Notes under the pieces: generated by a model
Told to the model about the DNA's origin: nothing
Database searches by the model: none
Seen by the model: only the letters and a program-made list of their open reading frames with translations
Made by a program: the position numbers and the translations under genes
In this document: positions 46,501 through 50,643 of the stretch, piece after piece
How the letters are laid out: each line of letters opens with the position of its first letter
Position numbering within the stretch: position 1 is the first letter of the stretch
DNA from: Alloascoidea hylecoeti
Lineage: Eukaryota
Length of the DNA stretch: 50,643 nt
Direction of reading: 5' to 3'
Assembly: GCA_001600815.1 (NCBI GenBank)
Contig: BCKZ01000005.1
Coordinates: 443,532 to 494,174, forward strand

Positions 46501-47159
46501 GGGAATTTAGTAAGAGATTCATGATATCGATGCTCTCATCTTCATATAGGATAATACACCTATCCATAAAGTTGAAATCACGATGATCAATTGGTTTCAT
46601 GGAAAGGATATAAGCTTATAATTCAATTACAATTTTGTAACATCACATCTTATGATTTTATATGTATGCATATTTTATAACTACCCACAATTGTAAGGCT
46701 TAGATTTGGTTTATTAACTTATACAGTTATAAGGTGTAACTACATAATTTATAATCAGGTTCCAAGCTTATAAGCTTACTCGTATATCTATAATTGAACT
46801 ATGGGTGCTTATCGTATTCCGCTACCTTTTTTCAAGTAGGAATAAGGAGATAAACAAACAAGGTTTATTGTCTTTATATATATTATATGGTATGTAAATT
46901 ATCACTTATGATCAATATCAATCTCTCGGATCTATATAAATGCCCTTATTGGTTCCTTTATTTTGTACTATTGTATTTGACGACAATAAGATGGAGTAAA
47001 AGACTCCAGTACTAGAATGCTGAATTCAAGTCTTTTTTTACTCATATAAAAACATCATTAATTTTTATTTATTCTCCGTATTCAGATTGCACTGAGATAA
47101 ATAGAATTATAAACAATTTCCCAATGCGGCAGATAATCAGAGCACTTAAGATTATACCT

Positions 47160-47400
47160 TCTAGTAAGAGGAAGTTGCCCGTACTTAGTGGCTCAAGGGA
47201 GTTGTGGGGGCTGAGGGAACATCGAGGGAGATGATATCAGCGTGTATAGGACTTGTTGTGGACCATTATGTCTCGTTTTTTTGGAGAAGCCAGAAAATGT
47301 ACCCCGTTTTTCAATCAGGGCTGGATTCGACTTGCTTAACCACTTGACTTCACTATGAACTCCAAGCTACATGTCATAACTGAGAATAACAGCATGCTTT
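47160..47400 (-). mobile_element. Possible hAT (Buster-like) transposase relic
   Basis: HSEVKWLSK (for HTEVRWLSR) followed about 25 codons later, across frameshifts, by W.QQVLY.ADIIS.L (for W...LAYLADIFS.L). Locally GC-richer than the flanks. Confidence 0.4.
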
Positions 47401-49666
47401 GCCTCATAGATCAACCCTCATGTTATTCTTCTTTATTTATATATTTATTACATATGTTATATAAACTAGAACAATGCCCAACAGTGTGTGGCTATGGTAA
47501 TTTATAATCTCGAATTTTTCTATTAGCTGTAGACTGTAATTATATAATTTATTAACTTATGCATATCTTTACAATCATGCAAGGATTATCTTGGGTAATG
47601 TCTTACTTAATTAAGGAGATGGGCTCAAGGGAAATGATCTATTTAAATTTGTATGTTATTCAAGATTAGTTTAAATTACTCTTTCGAAAAGTAATTGAAT
47701 AAATATAGCATTATAAGTTAGATGACTAAAACTCAATGTATATAAAAAGAGAAAGAGTACCATAGTGTTTACGCCGCAATATTTTAGCCGCGATTAGCAT
47801 AATATTATAGCCATACACACACACACGTGATATTGATGATATTTTTTCTTCGTTTAAACCTTAATTGCAGGTAAAAATAATAATTCCACTCAAATAACTA
47901 ATTATTTTTATACAGAGGATGCTTAAGCTGTCTTATATAGATTAGCTACATCTTATGTAGCTAATTACCTATTGATCCTTACTGCAGCAAATCTTGATAT
48001 AATATCTCTTCTCTTTACATGTGATTTATAATTAAAATTATATGATGCTGTAATTTTTATCTATTCTTTCACAATTTATTCCTCAAATTTGATTATCACA
48101 GATAATCACACCTACACCGGTTAGATACTCATTAACTAGCTAATTATATAAGTATAAGTATAAGTATTATGGATATATTTTTATACATATTTGAGTAAAA
48201 TGGAGTCTTTTATTGTAAATTTAATAATGATTATTATGAAATATTTGCAGAAAGACTTAAGATTGAACCACCGCGGTCGGAATATATCTACAAGTTCGAG
48301 AATTGCATATGCTATAGCTAGTTAGAGCTATAATAGCTAGCTATAACGATACTTTTGATGGAAGCTGCAGTACACTTTTTTCCACTTATATTTTCTGATC
48401 CGGAGATAATCTCCAATTGCTATGAATATAACCATATAATTACTAATTAGCTATATTTAGTTATATTCAGTTAAATGGATATTTAAAATTTTGATCTTTA
48501 TTAGCATATAACAATATTCTACACATGCGTACGATTTCAGTTTAAATTTAATATTAGTGAAATCAATTTTGTGTACTATTATTACGTTAATCAGTTGATT
48601 GAAATCCAGAAATTCAAGTGTGATTTCTACCCCTGCGATTGAGATTCCAAGCCTTTGTTTGTATTCAAGTTCTAATCCAAATTCACGATTGGAATGAAGT
48701 TCAATCTTACTTCTAGTAGCTACTACCATAAATAGGACCATAAAATTATATATCATAACTATTTAGTTATCTGGAGCCGATGTATAGTGGCATAGTCAAA
48801 ATAAGAGCTTGAATAATAGAAACATTACAGATAGAAGGTCGTAGATGTAAGCATTGTATCTTCTAATCAGTCAAGTTCACGATCTGAGCTGTGATTGGTT
48901 AAGATAGAGGATGCTTCAACTATTATTGTGGAAACGTTGAGATAATTTTTCCAGAAGGGACCAAACTATTAAAATATTAGAAACATTGTACGAGCACATA
49001 TATGCAACTGCACATACGCATTCTACACGTATAGTTAGGACATTTGCAATTCATATTGCAAAAAAGCTCGCTAATCAGGTAGTTTAATCAAAATTACAAC
49101 AAAGTAGAACGTTTTATAAACTTTCAACAAAACTAGATATTAATAAAGAAAAACATCCAGTCATAAATTATTGGAGGCCAAAAAGCACCCTCTTTCAGTA
49201 AATTTCCCTTTAAGGGTATCGATTACCCCAACTCAGTAATTGGTTTCCTCGTATTAACACTATTATTCAATTGTCAAATCAGAAGGTTCCCTTTGATAGC
49301 TCCATTCCCTTACTTATGTACGCTCACTATATTGATTGCGGAGTAAAAATGTCTCACAAACGAAGAGTTTGTGGGCTGTACTGGTTTTGATTTAGAAGTT
49401 TCCACATTGAGAAGTACTGATATTTGCAGATTATATGCATAGAAATCGAATTGCAAGCATTAGTAAGGTACCGATTAATACATAACGAGAAAAAATCAAC
49501 TCAGGAGCCGATTCCTAATTATAGATACAGGTAGTCTTTATAAACCGCTTAAGATCCTCTTCAATTCAATAACTATATCTTGTTCTCATCTTCAATTGAA
49601 AAAAGGATCTTACCATCCATTTACTGCATTCGTTTTCTTCTATAATTACAATTGATCCAGAGAATA

Positions 49667-50643
49667 ATGAAACTTCTCAACCCTTCACTTTTCGCAGCGG
49701 TTGCTCTTATTAGTTCCGTTTCTGCTGACAGTCAACTATTCTCGAATAATACTGTTACTTCCCACACAACTGAATATGTCACAACAACAAGTGTAGTTGT
49801 CACTGAATACACTACATACTGCCCAACGGCTACAACTTTCACTGAAAATAGTCAAGTCTATACTGCAACTGGTGAAACTACCATCACTGTTACAAACTGT
49901 CCATGCACCATACAAACTGAAGTTACCAAAACCACCGTTTTAACAAATGGTGAGACAATTCCAACCACTTCTTTGATTACGGGTTCCACCGAGTCAGAAA
50001 CAGCCGCTCCAGGTAGTACGGAGCAAACAACTGCTTCTGCTGGTACTGAGCCTGTTTCATCCAGTGTCCCTGTAACTGAAGAATCTTCTTATGTCACTTA
50101 TACCGCTACTAGTGAAACTGTTGTCGAAACACTTACTACTTACTGTTCCGCTCCTACAACTATTGTAACAAATGGTGCAACTTATACTGTCACATCTGCA
50201 GGAACTGTTACAATCACAGACTGTCCTTGTACTGCCAAAACTACTTTCGAGACAAGCAGTGTTGCAACAACCCCAGTTGATGTTACAACCACTCCAGCAG
50301 TTGAAACTACCCCAGCCGGTGCTACAACCTCTCCTGCTGATGATGTTACTTCTTATAGCACTTACGCTGTTAGTACCGAAGCTACTGTTACTGTATTTAC
50401 TACCTATTGTCCTGAACCAACAACCATCACAACTAATGGTAAGACTTACCCAATTACTTCTGCAGGTTCTGTCACAGTTGTTGATACTATTCCTACTATC
50501 TATCAGACTAGTACTCCAGTCACTCAAGGTACCACTGCTCCAGCTGAAGTTACTGAAGGTACTGCTACTGCTGAAGGCTCTTCAGTTGAAGGAACTTCAT
50601 ACAACACTTTCACTGTTAGTACCCATGCTACTGTAACTTTATT
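49667..50643 (+). CDS. Secreted Ser/Thr-rich cell-wall protein/adhesin with flocculin type 3-like repeats (runs off the window)
   Basis: ATG at 49667, signal peptide MKLLNPSLFAAVALISSVSA, repeats VVTEYTTYCPTATT..TVTNCPCT, LTTYCSAPTT..ITDCPCT and FTTYCPEPTT. No stop before the window end, so it is absent from the ORF track. Confidence 0.9.
   Translation, partial: MKLLNPSLFAAVALISSVSADSQLFSNNTVTSHTTEYVTTTSVVVTEYTTYCPTATTFTENSQVYTATGETTITVTNCPCTIQTEVTKTTVLTNGETIPTTSLITGSTESETAAPGSTEQTTASAGTEPVSSSVPVTEESSYVTYTATSETVVETLTTYCSAPTTIVTNGATYTVTSAGTVTITDCPCTAKTTFETSSVATTPVDVTTTPAVETTPAGATTSPADDVTSYSTYAVSTEATVTVFTTYCPEPTTITTNGKTYPITSAGSVTVVDTIPTIYQTSTPVTQGTTAPAEVTEGTATAEGSSVEGTSYNTFTVSTHATVTL

Noticed and set aside
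46376..48756. Track ORFs 46376-46600(-) and 48457-48756(-)
   Set aside because: Short, AT-rich, and without recognisable domains.
50057..50636. Track ORFs 50057-50527(-) and 50172-50636(+)
   Set aside because: Shadow frames of the Thr-rich cell-wall gene starting at 49667.

Overview
AT-rich nuclear DNA from a budding yeast (Saccharomycotina). It uses the standard genetic code and probably belongs to a lineage outside Saccharomycetaceae and the CUG clade, because it keeps a velvet gene and has short introns with relaxed branch points. The left part keeps the S. cerevisiae chrII neighbourhood KIP1/PRX1-YEL1-AIM11(IAI11)-TatD, with two aldo-keto reductase paralogues in between. It is followed by CTM1, a GPI cell-wall gene, tRNA-Met(CAT, with intron), a spliced velB, tRNA-Gly(GCC), a spliced PRP11, PUT4 and a second, truncated cell-wall gene. 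The intergenic DNA is full of decayed mobile elements. The main finding is that both tRNA genes carry, starting about 40-45 bp upstream, head-to-tail arrays of 5'-truncated, A-tailed 3' ends of one LINE-like family. A second L1-like element with a perfect 15-16 bp target-site duplication sits 70-85 bp downstream of tRNA-Gly. This mirrors the Dictyostelium TRE5/TRE3 tRNA-targeting system. Also notable are an intron-containing Prx1 fusion to a DUF5321-like membrane domain, AKR paralogues identical except for one loop, and several pogo/Fot1, Tc1 and possible hAT transposase relics. All family calls are by eye and from memory; no searches were run.
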